Virus record (IMG/VR): IMGVR_UViG_3300020416_001439
Span: 1 to 26,543 of that record
DNA from: a virus
Taxonomy: Duplodnaviria; Caudoviricetes
Strand: one strand, 5' to 3'
DNA: 26,543 nt
The translations under genes and the position numbers were made by a program. The notes below the pieces were generated by a model. It saw nothing but the letters and a program-made list of their open reading frames with translations. It did not search any database and was not told the DNA's origin. The first letter of the stretch is position 1; each line of letters begins with the position of its first letter. Positions 1-13,700 of the stretch are shown here, one piece after another.

Positions 1-1710
1 TCTTTAGCAAGAAATATTGGATATATCCCCAGATCTGTTACATCGGCAAAAGCATCTATAAGTTTTCAAGTTCAAATTGAAGATGCTACCTCTGAAGTTA
101 GTCATCTTACATTAAATGCTGGTTTAGTGTGTATAGGAAGTGCAAACGACACCTCTTATAGGTTCTCTATCACTGATCCAATCACATCTAGAGTATATAC
201 TGATAGTTCTGGTAATAGAGTATCTGATTTTGCCATAGAAGTAACTCAGGGAACGTTTCTAAGATCTAGTTTTGTTGCTAGAGTACCCTCTGATCAGAAG
301 TTTATTTTAGATAATGAGAATATTGATACATCAACTATCAAAGTAAATGTACAAAACTCTCAAGTTGGTAGTATGGGTAGAGAGTTTAAAGGTGTAGATA
401 ACATTTTAAACTTAAATAAGGACTCTGAGATATATTTGATACAAGAAATACAAGATGAAAAGGTTGAAATACTATTTGGAGATGGTTTCTTTGGTAAAAA
501 ACTAGAAAATGATGATCTTGTTACTATTAGTTACATTGTTAGTAATGGTGTAGGTAGCAATGGAGCAAGTGTTTTTGATTTTCAAGGATCCTTTACTAAA
601 CCCAATGGTGCTACTATCAGACCAAATGCGGTTGTAAATATAACAACCGTTCAATCTGCCGCTAATGGATCAGAGAACGAGGATATAGCATCTATTAAGT
701 ATTTGTCACCTAGACTATATTCCGCACAGTATAGGGCGGTTACACCAAGGGATTACGAGGCAATAATAAAGACAATCTACCCTGCTACAGAATCAATTGC
801 TGTTGTTGGTGGAGAAGAATTATCACCTCCACAATTTGGTAAAGTACAGATCAGTATTAAGCCAAAAAATGGTACTTATGTTTCTGATTTTGATAAGCAG
901 CAAATTAAAAATAAATTAAAGAATTACGCTATTGCTGGTATAAATTCTGAAATTATTGATCTCAAAATGATATATGTTGAGATTGATTCAACTGTTTATT
1001 ATAACACTTCACAAGTTAGTGATTCTAATGCTTTAAGAACAACTATATTAGATGCTCTTGAAATTTATTCAAATACAGTAGATATTAATAAATTTGGTGG
1101 AAGATTCAAATATAGTAAAATTAATCAACTTATTGATAGAGTTGATGATAGTATTACCTCTAACATTACTAAAGTTAGAATTAGGAGAGATTTAAAGGCA
1201 TTAATTAATCAGTTTGCTCAATATGAATTGTGCTTTGGTAATAGATTCCATATTAATCCAGAAGGATATAATATTAAGAGTACTGGTTTTTATATCTCTG
1301 GGTGGAAAAATATAGTTTATTTAACTGATATACCAAATACAAACGAAACTGGTAAATTGGATGGTAGTGAAAAGGGTGTTATTTGTCTTGTTTCTAAGGA
1401 TGCTAAAGATGAATTAAAGATTGTTGCCAAGGATGTTGGTACAGTTGATTATAAGAAAGGTGAGATCATACTTAATACAATAAATATAACATCTACAATT
1501 GCTGCTAATAACTTGATTGAAGTACAAGCATTCCCCGATTCAAATGATGTTATTGGATTGAAGGATTTATACTTAAATTTTGATGCTTCTAATAGTACGA
1601 TAAATATGGTCAAAGATGTAATTGCTTCAGGTGAGGATGTATCAGGAGTGGTATTCTCCAGAGACTATTACACATCAAGTTATTCTAACGGAACACTAGA
1701 AAGAAAGTAG
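1..1710 (+). CDS. gp6: Baseplate wedge protein gp6 (5'-truncated by the window; true start lies upstream)
   Basis: Frame 1 is open from base 1 (SLARNIGYIPRSVTSAKA...), so the GTG at 127 in the ORF track is not the real start. Motifs typical of T4-like gp6 are SLARNIGY.PRS, EILFGDG.FGK, SIKY..PR.YSAQ.RAVT..DYE and GTVDY.KGEI. It lies directly upstream of gp7 and gp8. Confidence 0.93.
   Translation, partial: SLARNIGYIPRSVTSAKASISFQVQIEDATSEVSHLTLNAGLVCIGSANDTSYRFSITDPITSRVYTDSSGNRVSDFAIEVTQGTFLRSSFVARVPSDQKFILDNENIDTSTIKVNVQNSQVGSMGREFKGVDNILNLNKDSEIYLIQEIQDEKVEILFGDGFFGKKLENDDLVTISYIVSNGVGSNGASVFDFQGSFTKPNGATIRPNAVVNITTVQSAANGSENEDIASIKYLSPRLYSAQYRAVTPRDYEAIIKTIYPATESIAVVGGEELSPPQFGKVQISIKPKNGTYVSDFDKQQIKNKLKNYAIAGINSEIIDLKMIYVEIDSTVYYNTSQVSDSNALRTTILDALEIYSNTVDINKFGGRFKYSKINQLIDRVDDSITSNITKVRIRRDLKALINQFAQYELCFGNRFHINPEGYNIKSTGFYISGWKNIVYLTDIPNTNETGKLDGSEKGVICLVSKDAKDELKIVAKDVGTVDYKKGEIILNTINITSTIAANNLIEVQAFPDSNDVIGLKDLYLNFDASNSTINMVKDVIASGEDVSGVVFSRDYYTSSYSNGTLERK
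1600..1606 (+). promoter_or_regulatory. Putative late promoter core ATAAATA embedded in the 3' end of gp6, serving gp7
   Basis: gATAAATA starts 112 nt before the gp7 ATG, mirroring the site in gp8. A second ATAAATA occurs at 1480-1486. Confidence 0.5.
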
Positions 1711-1711
1711 A

Positions 1712-4700
1712 ATGAGTATAGAATTTGAGAAAAGAGTACAAGTAAATCGTATTATTGAAAGTCAGTTACCCGAATTTGTGGTTGCTGATTTTCCATTAGC
1801 TGTTGATCTTTTAAAGACTTACTATACTTCTCAAGAATATCAGGGAGGTCCTTCTGATATACTTGATAATATTGACCGTTATATTAAGGTTGATAATTTA
1901 ATTCCTGAAGTTATTGCTGGAACAACTACATTATCAAAAGATGTACTTATAACAGATACTGTAATTGAAGTTACCACTACATCAGGATTTCCTTCCTCAT
2001 ATGGTCTTTTAAAGATTGGTAGTGAGATTATTACATATACTGGAAAAACTGATACAACTTTTACTGGATGTATTCGTGGTTTTAGTGGAATTAGTGGATA
2101 TACTGTTGGAATAACAGAATCATTAGATCATGTTAACCGTGAGAGTTTAATATTTGAAGATACTAGTGCTTCTGGACATAATAATACTGATACAGTTACC
2201 AATTTAAGTGTTCTATTTTTACAAGAATTCTTTAAAAAGATAAAAAGAACATTTTTACCTGGATTGGAGGATAATAAATTTGCTGATGGTATTGATGTTG
2301 GTAATTTTATAAAAAATGCTAGGTCATTTTATCAATCAAAAGGTATTGCCGAGTCTATTAGAATACTTTTTAAAGTATTATATGGTGTTGAAGCAGAAGT
2401 TATAGATCTTGAAGAGCGTTTAGTTAAACCATCAAGTGCTGAATATATTCGTAGAGAAGTTATTATTGCGGATTTACTCAATGGCGATGCTCAGAACTTA
2501 GTTGGTCAAACAATATTCAAATCTACAGATTTAGGAACAAACGCTTCAGTATCTGAAGTCGAAGTTTTAACTAGAAATGATAAGACATATTATAAATTAT
2601 CTCTTTTTGTTGGTTTTAATGATAAAGATCTAATAGAAGGTACTTTTACCATACCAGGTAAAACCAAGGTAATGGAAAACACTACTTCTGGTTCTTCTAT
2701 TGTTTCAGTAGACAGTACTATTGGATTTGAACAAACTGGTGACTTTACTGTAGAGTATCTTGATGGTAAAGTTGGAGTTGTCACCTATACATCCAAGACA
2801 ATTAATCAATTTCTTGGATGTAGCACTGTAACTGGTAATATTGGAATTTCTAGTGATCTAAGATCGACTGAAACTATATTCGGATATGAAAATGGTGATT
2901 TAGGTAAGAGAGTTGATTTAAGAATTACTGGTGTTCTATCAGAATTTGTTCCAGAATCTGATATAGCACTAATTTCAGAAGGACAAGAGATATATGTAAA
3001 GAATGTCGGTGAATATATTCAAAATCCATCAGAAACTACTCAATCATATAAACAAATATTTGCTAATTCTTGGATTTACAATACAAGTGCTAGATATGAG
3101 ATAAATGGATCAATTAATAGTGGTACGACTTCATTTACATTCTTAAGTTCAATTGATAAATCTAGTTTAAAGGTTGGTGATAGTTTTGATATTATTCGTA
3201 GAGGAAGTAATGACAGAATTGGTGGTGGTATAGTTAAAAGAATTGACGGTGAATTTACATTCACTGGAGAAGGTGTAAACTTTATTACTGGGGAACCACA
3301 TTCTTCTGTATTTTATGATATAAGAAGAAATTTAAAGAAAGCATCTTATAATACTGGAAATACTGATGGAATAGAGTTATCTGATGGTAATAATAAGGTT
3401 ATTGGAGATACTTTAAATGTTTATGTTGAGGGAAATAAGTTTGGATATGCTGCTTCTAATTCATTATCAAGTAGAGAGATCAATCAGGAACCTCTGAAGG
3501 GTTCTATTCCTAATGGAGCACCTCCAAATATACAAACAGGTATTATCGATGCTCTAACAGGCATTGAGAGAGACTTTACTGAGATTAAATTTGCTGATAA
3601 AGTTAAATTCCGTACTGGTGATTCTATAGTTTATACCTCAACTAAACCCCTTCTTGGGTTAGTTAGTGGTACTAGTTATTTTGTTAAATCAGATTCTACT
3701 GAAAAGGTTATAAGATTATATGATACTATTAATGCGATTCAAAGAGATGCTGCTAAGGAATTTAATCCACCAGCAGATCCAAATGCAACACATGAATTTA
3801 CCTTAAAAGATCATTATAATAGAAAATTGGTTATAAATCCAGTTTTAAGAAAGTTTCCTCTTAATCAAGATTTAAACATACCTTCAAAAGACGAACAACC
3901 AACTAAAAACATTGGATTGTTGATTAACGGTGTTCAATTAAGATCTAATACTAAAAGTGATTATGTAACTTATGGACCAATTGATAGTGTTGAAGTATAT
4001 AATTCGGGTACTGGATATGACGTTGCTAATCCACCTAAAATTGTAGTAGGAAGTGCTAATACCTTTACAAAACCAGATGGAACTGTTGGTATAGGTACGA
4101 CAGCACTTGTAGAACCAGTTATCAAGGGATCTGTAAAGGAAATATTGGTGGATCCACAAGATTTTGATATTGATAAAGTTTCTTCAGTAAAGTTAACTGG
4201 TGGTAATGGTAAGGATTGTTTCTTACAACCAGTAGTTGGACCAAGATTCAGAGAAGTTGAATTTGATAGTAGAGATATATTTTTCTCAGGTGGATTAGAT
4301 GTACAAGAAGAGACAATAACATTCAAATCTGAGCATAATTTTGTTGATGGGCAATTAATCTATTATAATAAGAATGGTCAAGATGCTATTGGAATTACAC
4401 CATTTAAATCAGCAAGTACAACAGTAACAGAGTATCTTGTAAATGGTGCACCTTACTATGTTAAGGTAATTAATCCCTCTAGAATTAGATTATTCAAGAG
4501 ACCAGAAGAAGCTACTTTTGGTGTAGCTGGTATTAATACTATAGGATTCTCTACAGCAACAACTGCTGCTGGTATTCATAAGTTTAGAACAGAATCTAAA
4601 AATACCTTAAATTCTGTAAAAGTTATTAATCCTGGTTACGATTATCAATATAGAAAGTTACCAGTAAGTCCATCTGGTATCTCTAGTTCTTATGATACTA

Positions 4701-7700
4701 TCAATTATAAGAATCATGGGTTTAGAGATGGTGACATTGTTGAATATTCAACTGATGGTACTACTATTGAAGGACTAAACACTTCACTAGCATATCATGT
4801 AATTAAAATAGATGCTGATTCGTTTAGATTAGCAGAATCCAATGCTGATGGATCATTACAAACTGATTTTAAGAGAGGAAAGTTTGTTGATTTAAAATCA
4901 ACAGGAAGTGGATATCAAATATTTAAGTATCCAGACATCAAAATAGAAGTATCGGTAAGTTTTGCTAGTACTGCTACTGGATCATATGATGGTAAAATTA
5001 CTCCAATTATTACTGGTGAAATAATAGATGCTTATACCTATGAAAATGGTAGCAACTATGGATCAGATATCATTAATCATATAGTAAAACCTGATGTTGA
5101 AATACAGAATGGAAAAGGTGCTGAAATAAAACCATTTATAGATGATGGTAAAGTATTAGATATTATTGTATTGAATCACGGTGAAGAATATAATTCTTTA
5201 CCTACTATAAAACTAGAAGGTCCTTCTGGTACTGGTGCTATATTAAAACCAATTATTTCTAACGGAAAGTTGGATGATGTTGTTGTTATTAATACTGGTA
5301 TTGGTTATTCTTCAACTGATACTAATGCTTATGTTGAAGCAAGAGGAAAAAATGGATTATTAAGTCCTAAAATAAGAGTATTAGAAATCGATGATGTTCA
5401 AAAAAGAAATACTAATATTCATTTAGAATCAAATGGTACTGATGGTTTATTTTATGAAGTTAAAGCATATGATCAAGAAATAAGACAGGAATTTAACGAT
5501 TTCGGTGTTGACGCAAATACTGGCATAGGTACTCATTCTCCTATTATTGGTTGGGCATATGATGGAAATCCAATATATGGTGCTTTTGGATATTCTAATC
5601 CAACTAATATTGGTCAAGTTAAGAGATTAAAATCTGGATATGTTAAGGATAATACTTGGTATGATCGTCCAGATCAACCCTCTGGTTATTTCCTTGATGA
5701 TTATACGTTTGATAATAGTGGTGATTTAGACGAGCATAATGGTAGATTTGGTAAAACACCAGAATTCCCAAATGGTGTATATGCTTATTTTGCTACGCTA
5801 GATGATAATGAAAAACCCCAGTATCCGTACTTTATAGGTAAAACTTATAGATCACCTTTTATTTCCGATAATATTAGTTTAAATCAAACATTTGATTTTA
5901 ATAATTCAACACTTTCTAGAAACACTTTACCATATAAAGTAAATGATAGATATGCTGATAATGATTTCATTATTGAATCTAATGAAATTAGTAAGCAGAA
6001 ATCAATTATTGAGTCTGTAACAAGGGGTGTTGTAGATGAGTTCCAAATTTTAGATGGTGGTGATAATTACAAGGTAGGAGATTTCACTTCATTTGATAAT
6101 GAAGGCACTAGTGGTAGTGGTGCTAGAGGACAAGTTGATAGTATTGTTGGTATTGGTGTTTCTAATATTAAGACTGAATTAACTACATTTGAGAATGCTA
6201 CTTTTGTTTGGAAAGATGATCAAACGGTTGAGGCAAGTTTTTTACCAAAAATTGAATTAAATGACCAAGATACTGTATTAGTTTCTGGATTAAGTACTGC
6301 TAATTACAAATTAAACAACTCATTTAAGGTTGGTATTAATACAGATACTATTGGATTGGCAAAGACAATGACTGTCAACAACAATCCAAATGGAAAAACT
6401 GAGGATATTTACGTAAATATCATACCAAATACTGTATCTGTAGGTGGTTCATTACGAGTTGGTGATGAAACTCTTAAAGTATTGAATCTATATGGTTTAG
6501 AGAAGATAATTCGTGTACAAAGATATGGAACAGGTATTGGACATACCTATAGTTCAGAAATAGATGTATTAAATAATCGAATTAGTATTCCTGTTAAGAG
6601 TCAGTATTTTGATTCTAAAGTAGATGATTTAGTGTATATGAACACTAATCAATCGGTTGGACTAGGTACTACGTGTGGATCTATAATAGATTATACTTAT
6701 GGTGAGATAGTTAACACGATAAACGTAGCTCAACAGAGCATTTATCTACCAAATCATCCATTCCATAATGGACAAAAGATTATATTTTCAAAACCATTAA
6801 CTGCTACTTCCTTATTAGTAAGTAGAGATGATGATGCTTCTAATCAATTCTATATTCCAGATCAAACAGCTGGTTTTTCTGAATTATATGTTGTAGACAA
6901 GGGTACAGATTATATTGGTCTTGCTACTAATGTGGGTGCTGCTAACACTGAAAGTGGATTATTCTTCTTTGGTAATGGTGATAATAATTTTGAATACTTA
7001 TTAAAATCTGATCACAAGAAATTAACAGGTAATATTGATAGAGTAGTTTCTACAGTTACTACACAAGTAGCATTAGCAAATACAACTACTCATGGGTTAG
7101 CAGTAGGTGATATTATAGATTTTGAAGTTCTTCCTAATGTTGCTGTTGGAATTGGATCTACTGCTCCATTAACAGTTTCATTTAATGAAGAGCATCAAAA
7201 ACTATTAATCAATGAAATTAGTTTCAATGCTACAGATGTTGTTACTAGTACTAATAGAATTACTGTTACTGATCATGGATATAAGACTGGTGATAAAGTA
7301 TTTTATGATAATAAAGAAATAATAGGAAATTCTTCTTTAATTGCTGGATTATCTGTAGGATCATATTATGTCCATGTAATAGATTCAAATACTATCAATT
7401 TATGTGAGACATATAGTGATTCTATAGCACTTATACCAAATGTAATAGATTTTACTTCTCAGGGAAATAATCAACATAAATTATCATTAATTAACCCACA
7501 AATTACTGTAGTTAAAAATTCAAATTTAACATTTGGTGTTGGATCAACTTCTTTAGAAAATTATAATTTAAAATTCTTCTATGATAAGGAATTTAAAAAT
7601 GAATTTGTAAATGCTACCAGTTATAATCCATTAGAATCTGTTGTATCGACATTTAGTGTTTCTGGTGTAGGAACTATTGGTGTTGGAACATTCTCATCCA

Positions 7701-10700
7701 GTCCTCTAGTTGGTGCTGCTGTATCAATCGGATTTAGTACTTCTGTTCCATCAGTATTATATTATGCTTTAGAGAAGAGTGGGTATATTAGCACTGCTGA
7801 TAAGGGCGTACATAACTATTCTAAAATTAAATTTGTAGATAGTTCTTATCATGGAGAATTTAAGGTATTTGATGTTGATGATGAGACGTTTAAGATTTCA
7901 CCAAGATCGGTTCCTGAAGTATTAGAATATCATGCTGATCAATGTGATGTATTAGAATATTCAAGTAAATCGGGAAATATATCTGGTCCTATTAAATCTA
8001 TAAAAGTAATTTCTGAAGGATTTAGTTATAAGAGTGTACCTGGATTTACTTCTGTTACTAGTATTGCTGGTGAAAATGCTAATATTGTAGCATTATCAAC
8101 TTCTATTGGTAGAATTAATAATTTAAGAATTGTTGATTATGGATTTGAATATTCTGCTGATAAGACATTAAGACCTGAAGCGTATATCTCACCTATTATT
8201 AGAATTGATAATTTAGACGTAATTGAGTCTATTAATGTTATTGGTCCTGGAGCAGAATATTTAAGTGCTCCTGATGTAATTTTATTCAATCCAGAATCTA
8301 AAGAGGTTGTTGATACTACTTCATTAATCGCAACTGTTCCTAATCAAGGAATATCTGAAATTAAAGTAATAGCACCAATTAAAGGTTTAGATTCTGTAAA
8401 CCATAGAGTTATCACTATCAATAATTCTAATGGTATAGGAATTGTTTCTATGACCACAGAAGGAACTGTTGCCAGATGCGTAATGGAAACACCAATCAAT
8501 GGATATGATGTTCCACCATTTGCTCCTGGTGATGAAATATTTGTTGAAGGTATATTAATGGGTTGGGAGTCTGGTATTGGTACTCAGACTTCTTCAACTG
8601 CTGGTATTTCTACAGAAGGAACAGGATATAACTCAGAAGATTATGATTATCAATTCTTGAAGGTTAAATCTTATGATTCATCAAACCCAGATGTACTGAA
8701 ATTTGATTTGGTTGGTTTAACTACAAATCCAGGAATTGCTAAAACATATCAGACTGGATATGCTAATATAGTTAATCGTAAGAATTATCCAGTATTTGAG
8801 ACTGATCAAAAGAGAGCAGAATTTACAGTTAGTGAGAATATTTTAGTTAGTAGAGGTTCTCAATTCACAAAAGGTGATCTCACTATTACTGAAACTAGAG
8901 ATGATTATATTAAAGTTGATGGTTTAGATCATCTTAGACTTGGAGATAGAATAGCTGGAGAATCTTCGGGTACTAGTGCTACTGTTGTTGGTATTGATAA
9001 TCAGTATGCTAAATTTAATATTGATTATTCTAATCGACAGGATTATGGATGGGTAGATAATATTGGTAAATTAAGTGAAGATTTCCAAGTAACACCCAAT
9101 AATGATTATTTCCAGAATTTATCATATTCTATTAAGAGTGAAAAAACATGGGATGATTTTGTAGATCCTGTTAATAGGTTAATTCATCCTGCTGGTCTTA
9201 AGAATTTTGCTGATACTATTGTTGAAACTACATTAGTAGGTGTTGGTATTGGTTCTACTTTCTTTACTACACCAACAATAGTTCTTGATGTTGTTGGTGA
9301 GAGAAGAGTAGATACAATTAATGATTTTGATCTTGGTATTGATTTTGAGCCAAGAGAAGTTGGAAATAGTCGTGACTCTAAGTTTGTTGATTTCCAAAAT
9401 GCTAAATTAACCGATTATAGTAAGTGTAAGACAAATAGAGTATTAATACATGATGATATAAGTGGAAGATTCTCAAGTAAAGGGGTTCAAGATCTATTTA
9501 CAGAGATTGAAGAACTTAATACTAATTTTGCTCGATATTTAGTTCAAGTTATTGATGCTGATACATTTGATATTCAGCTTAGTGATTTAATTGTATTAAC
9601 ATCTACAGAGAATGCTTATTTAATAGAAAAATCAACAGATTATTCTAGTATGAAAATGGGAGATTTTTCTGCTGATGTTGATTACTTCAAGAGAAAAACC
9701 TTACAGTTTACTCCAACAGATAAGTTTGATAAGGATCATGATATTAAACTTATTAAGACTACATTTAACACTGATACAGTTGTAAATGGTAAAAAAGAAT
9801 TTGGATCTGTTGATTTGATTGGTAAGAATGTTTCTGTTGGTTCTGGTAGAACAATGTTCTCAGCAACTATTAGTGGAACTACTCTAACAACAACAGACTT
9901 TGATCTTCTAGGTCTTAAACATATAAATGGTCTTCCTACTACAAAATCTTTAGTTGGAATTGGTACTACAGTAACTGGATTGGGATTAATAAAGGATACT
10001 CAAGGAAACGAACTTACTGAGATTGTGAGTATTGATAGTTCAACTACAGCAACAATAAAGATTAATCCTGATACTACTCCAAATGCCCCTACAGTGCCTT
10101 CTACTTACACTACACCTGTAACGGGTCAATTTGGATTTATTAACACCCCATACTTTGTTAATAATGGTGCTGGTGGCGTAATTCCAGTTCCAGTTCCTAT
10201 TGGTGTTAGTACATCAAGTATTATTGAGTTTTCTAATACTGATTGTAACGCATTTTATGCCAGTGTAGTTGCTAAAGATGATGTTACTGGTGAATTAGAT
10301 TACACTGAAGCAATTGTTAACGTTGATGGTAGTGATGTAACAATATCTCAACTTTATGCTGATTTAACTCAGACTTCTCTAAGTAACACTACTACTGGAA
10401 CTGTTGGTATATTAACAGCAAGTTACGATTCTAACACTATTAAATTTGATTGTATTAATGAAAGATATTCTACTTTAAAATTAAGCACATCTATTGTTGG
10501 TTTAGGTTCAACTAGTGCTGGTATTGGAACATATAGATTTAACGTTTCTGGGCAACCAGAAGGGGGAGAAAGAACCGCTAGGTATGAATCAACATATAAT
10601 ACAACTTCAGTTGGTACAGGCGTAACAGTAGCATCAATAAACAGAAGTATTAATAGTGCTGTTAAGTCTATTATAAAAGTTAGACAGGGAGCAGAATTTG

Positions 10701-13700
10701 CTATACACCAACCAATTCTTATTCATGATCAAAATAATGATGCAATTACTGTTCAATATCCACATATTGGATCAGTTTCTGGTTTAGGTACTTTTGGATC
10801 GGAAACAGATACTCAAAATGTTAACTTAGTATTCTATCCAGATAATACTGGATTGGTTGAAGTTCAATCATACAATGAAGTCTTCTATACAATTAATGAT
10901 TTTGCTAATGAACCAGATATTTTACAGTATGGATCTGTTACTAATGACATATTACTAACAACCTATGATGGTGTTAATGGAACAAGAGGTAATAAAGTTA
11001 ATTTCAATTTAACATATCAAGGCATTCCAATATATGTTAAGAAGTTTAATCCTACAGATACTACGAGAGTTATAACAGATGTTGGTGCTGGAACTACTTT
11101 TGCTATACCAAATCATTTCTACAATACAAATGAAGAATTAACTTATACACCAGAATCTACCTTTATCGGTGTTTCTCCAGTTTCTGTTGGAATTGCTGCT
11201 ACTACCGATTCTGAAGGTAATGTAGTTACTACAATGCCATCAAAAGTTTTTGTTAAGGCAGGAGGTGCTGATAAATTCCAGTTATTCTCTAGAAAAGAAT
11301 ATATTGCTACTGGAAACCCAATAACAATAACCAGTAATGGTTCTGGTAATGCTCATAAACTTGAGATGACCAAGAAATTGAGTAAGACTGTTATTGGACT
11401 TGATGGAATTGTTCAACAACCAATTACATATACTTCTATAAAACACACTTTACCTTCTAATATTGGTATTGGAATTTCTCAATTTGCTTTGAGTGGAATT
11501 AGTTCAGTTCAACCAAGAGATGTATTGAATATTGGTAATGAATATATGAAGGTTGAGCAAGTTGGATTTGCTACAGAAGTTGATGCGACAATTAACTCTA
11601 TTGAGGATTGGGCATCTATACCCGTAGTTAGGGTTAAGAGAGGTTCTTTAGGAATTGATGCTTCTACTCATAGTGCTGGAGATGAAGTAAGAATACATAG
11701 AGGTTCATTCAATATTGTTGATAGTACAGCATGGTTCTTAGATCCACCTAAAGGTAATACTAGAACAAGAAGAAACGCTACAAATATTCCATATGTTAGA
11801 GCAGAATTTAGTGGCAGAACATTCTTGAGATCAAATTATGATACTAATATGGTATTTGATGATATTTCAGACTCATTTACAGGAATTGGTAAAACATATA
11901 CTGTAACTGTTGGTGGTGCTAATACTGTTAGTGGTGTTGGTGTTGGAAATGGAATTCTATTCATTAATGGAGTATTCCAGACACCATTAACTTTGAACAA
12001 CTTAGGTAATAATTATGAAATAGAAGGAAATGCTACTGCTGGTATATCAAGTGTTACATTTACTGGAATTAGTTCTGAAAACGGACAGAAGATAGAATCT
12101 GAATTTGATATTAATCAAAATCAACTTCCAAGAGGTGGTTTGATAGTTTCTATGGGATCAAGTACTGGTCTTGGATACGCTCCTCTTGTTGGTGCTAGGG
12201 TTTTAGCAAATTCAACTAATGGTGTTATTGATAGTGTTGTTAGTATTGCTTCTTCAATAGGTCCTATTGGTTCTGGTATTGAAACTGCTCATTATGATCA
12301 TGTTACTGGAATAATGACAGTTACAACTAACAAGGTTCATGGATTTGCTTTAGAAAGTCCAGAAACTGTTAAGTTAGAAGATTTCAACTTTACTTGTCCA
12401 ACATATACTATTGGACAACCTACTGCCAATACAACATATGATCCAGCAACGGGTGATATGGTAGTAGAAATTGCTGGTCATGGTCTTTCAAATGGAGATT
12501 CTATTAAATTAAAAGAAGAATCAATTACCTTTAGTTGTGGATTTGGTGGTGCTACTGGTACTGCTGCTCAGAAATCATATCCTAGAAAAACTGATCCTGC
12601 ATATGACAGGTATATGTACATTTCTGATGTTACTACAGATACTTTCAAGGTTAATGTACTGTTTGGAGTAACACCTACAAATACAGACGCACATACATTT
12701 GTAAGTGCTACTGCGGATTCCGTTCAATCTCTAAACTATGTTGGAGTTACTACATCGGTATTCCAAGATCATGAAAGACCATTACAATTGGTTGGAGTAA
12801 CTTCAGAAAGAAGTTTCCAAGTTAATGTTGGTATTAATAGTATTCCTCATACTTATTTGATGGGTGGTGATGTATATGCGTTCTATGATGAGTTGACACC
12901 AGGTTCTGGATATCGTGAACCAGTTTCTATTGGTGTTACAGATATTAATTATCTTCATAAGTTTGTAAGTGCTACTACAGATGCGATAACAGCATATACA
13001 GGATCATTCATGGGTCAGAGTCTAAATCCAACTTTAGCGGATTATAATTCTGAAACTGGTAGTTTATTATTTACAACAGAGGTACATGGGATACCAGAAC
13101 CAGTTGATCTTGATATTAATGATGCTAAGTATGATGCTAGAGTTGGTATCTTAACAGCATATGCTGGTACAAATTTTAATGTTAGTGATGCTACATATGA
13201 TCCAACGACAGGTAATATGGTTCTTGAAATTGGAGATCATGATGTAGATACTAACAATAAAGTTAAGATTGCCCCAAATTCAATCACATTTAGTTGTGGA
13301 TACGGTGGTGCTACTGGTGCTGCTGCCCAAAAATCATATCCTAGATCTTCTGGAACAGGTAATGCTGGTGGAGGTGCTGATCCAGCATATGATACTTATT
13401 TGAATGTTATTGCTGTTGATAAAGTAGCTGGAACAATTACTGTAAAAGTATTAACAACAACACCATCAACAAATACTGATCCTCACTTATTCGTAAGTGC
13501 TACTGATGGTTGTGTATTTGTTCCAAGAATCTTTACTAATAATGAACAAGTTAAGTTTGTAGATGGAGCAATTACCTTCAAATGTGATATGGATGGTAAT
13601 ACTACAGAGCATCCTTATCCAAGATTAAGTGATCCAGCAAGAGATAAGTGGTTATTAGTTTCTCAAGCAAATAATAATAAGTTTGAGGTTCAGGTTGGAA

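Noticed and set aside
127-129. GTG start assigned to the first ORF
   Set aside because: The frame is open from base 1 and encodes the conserved SLARNIGY motif upstream, so the real start is outside the window.
2590-4326. Four short minus-strand ORFs (2590-2784, 3076-3264, 3938-4159, 3970-4326)
   Set aside because: They are fully antisense to gp7, have no recognisable motifs and have composition typical of shadow frames.
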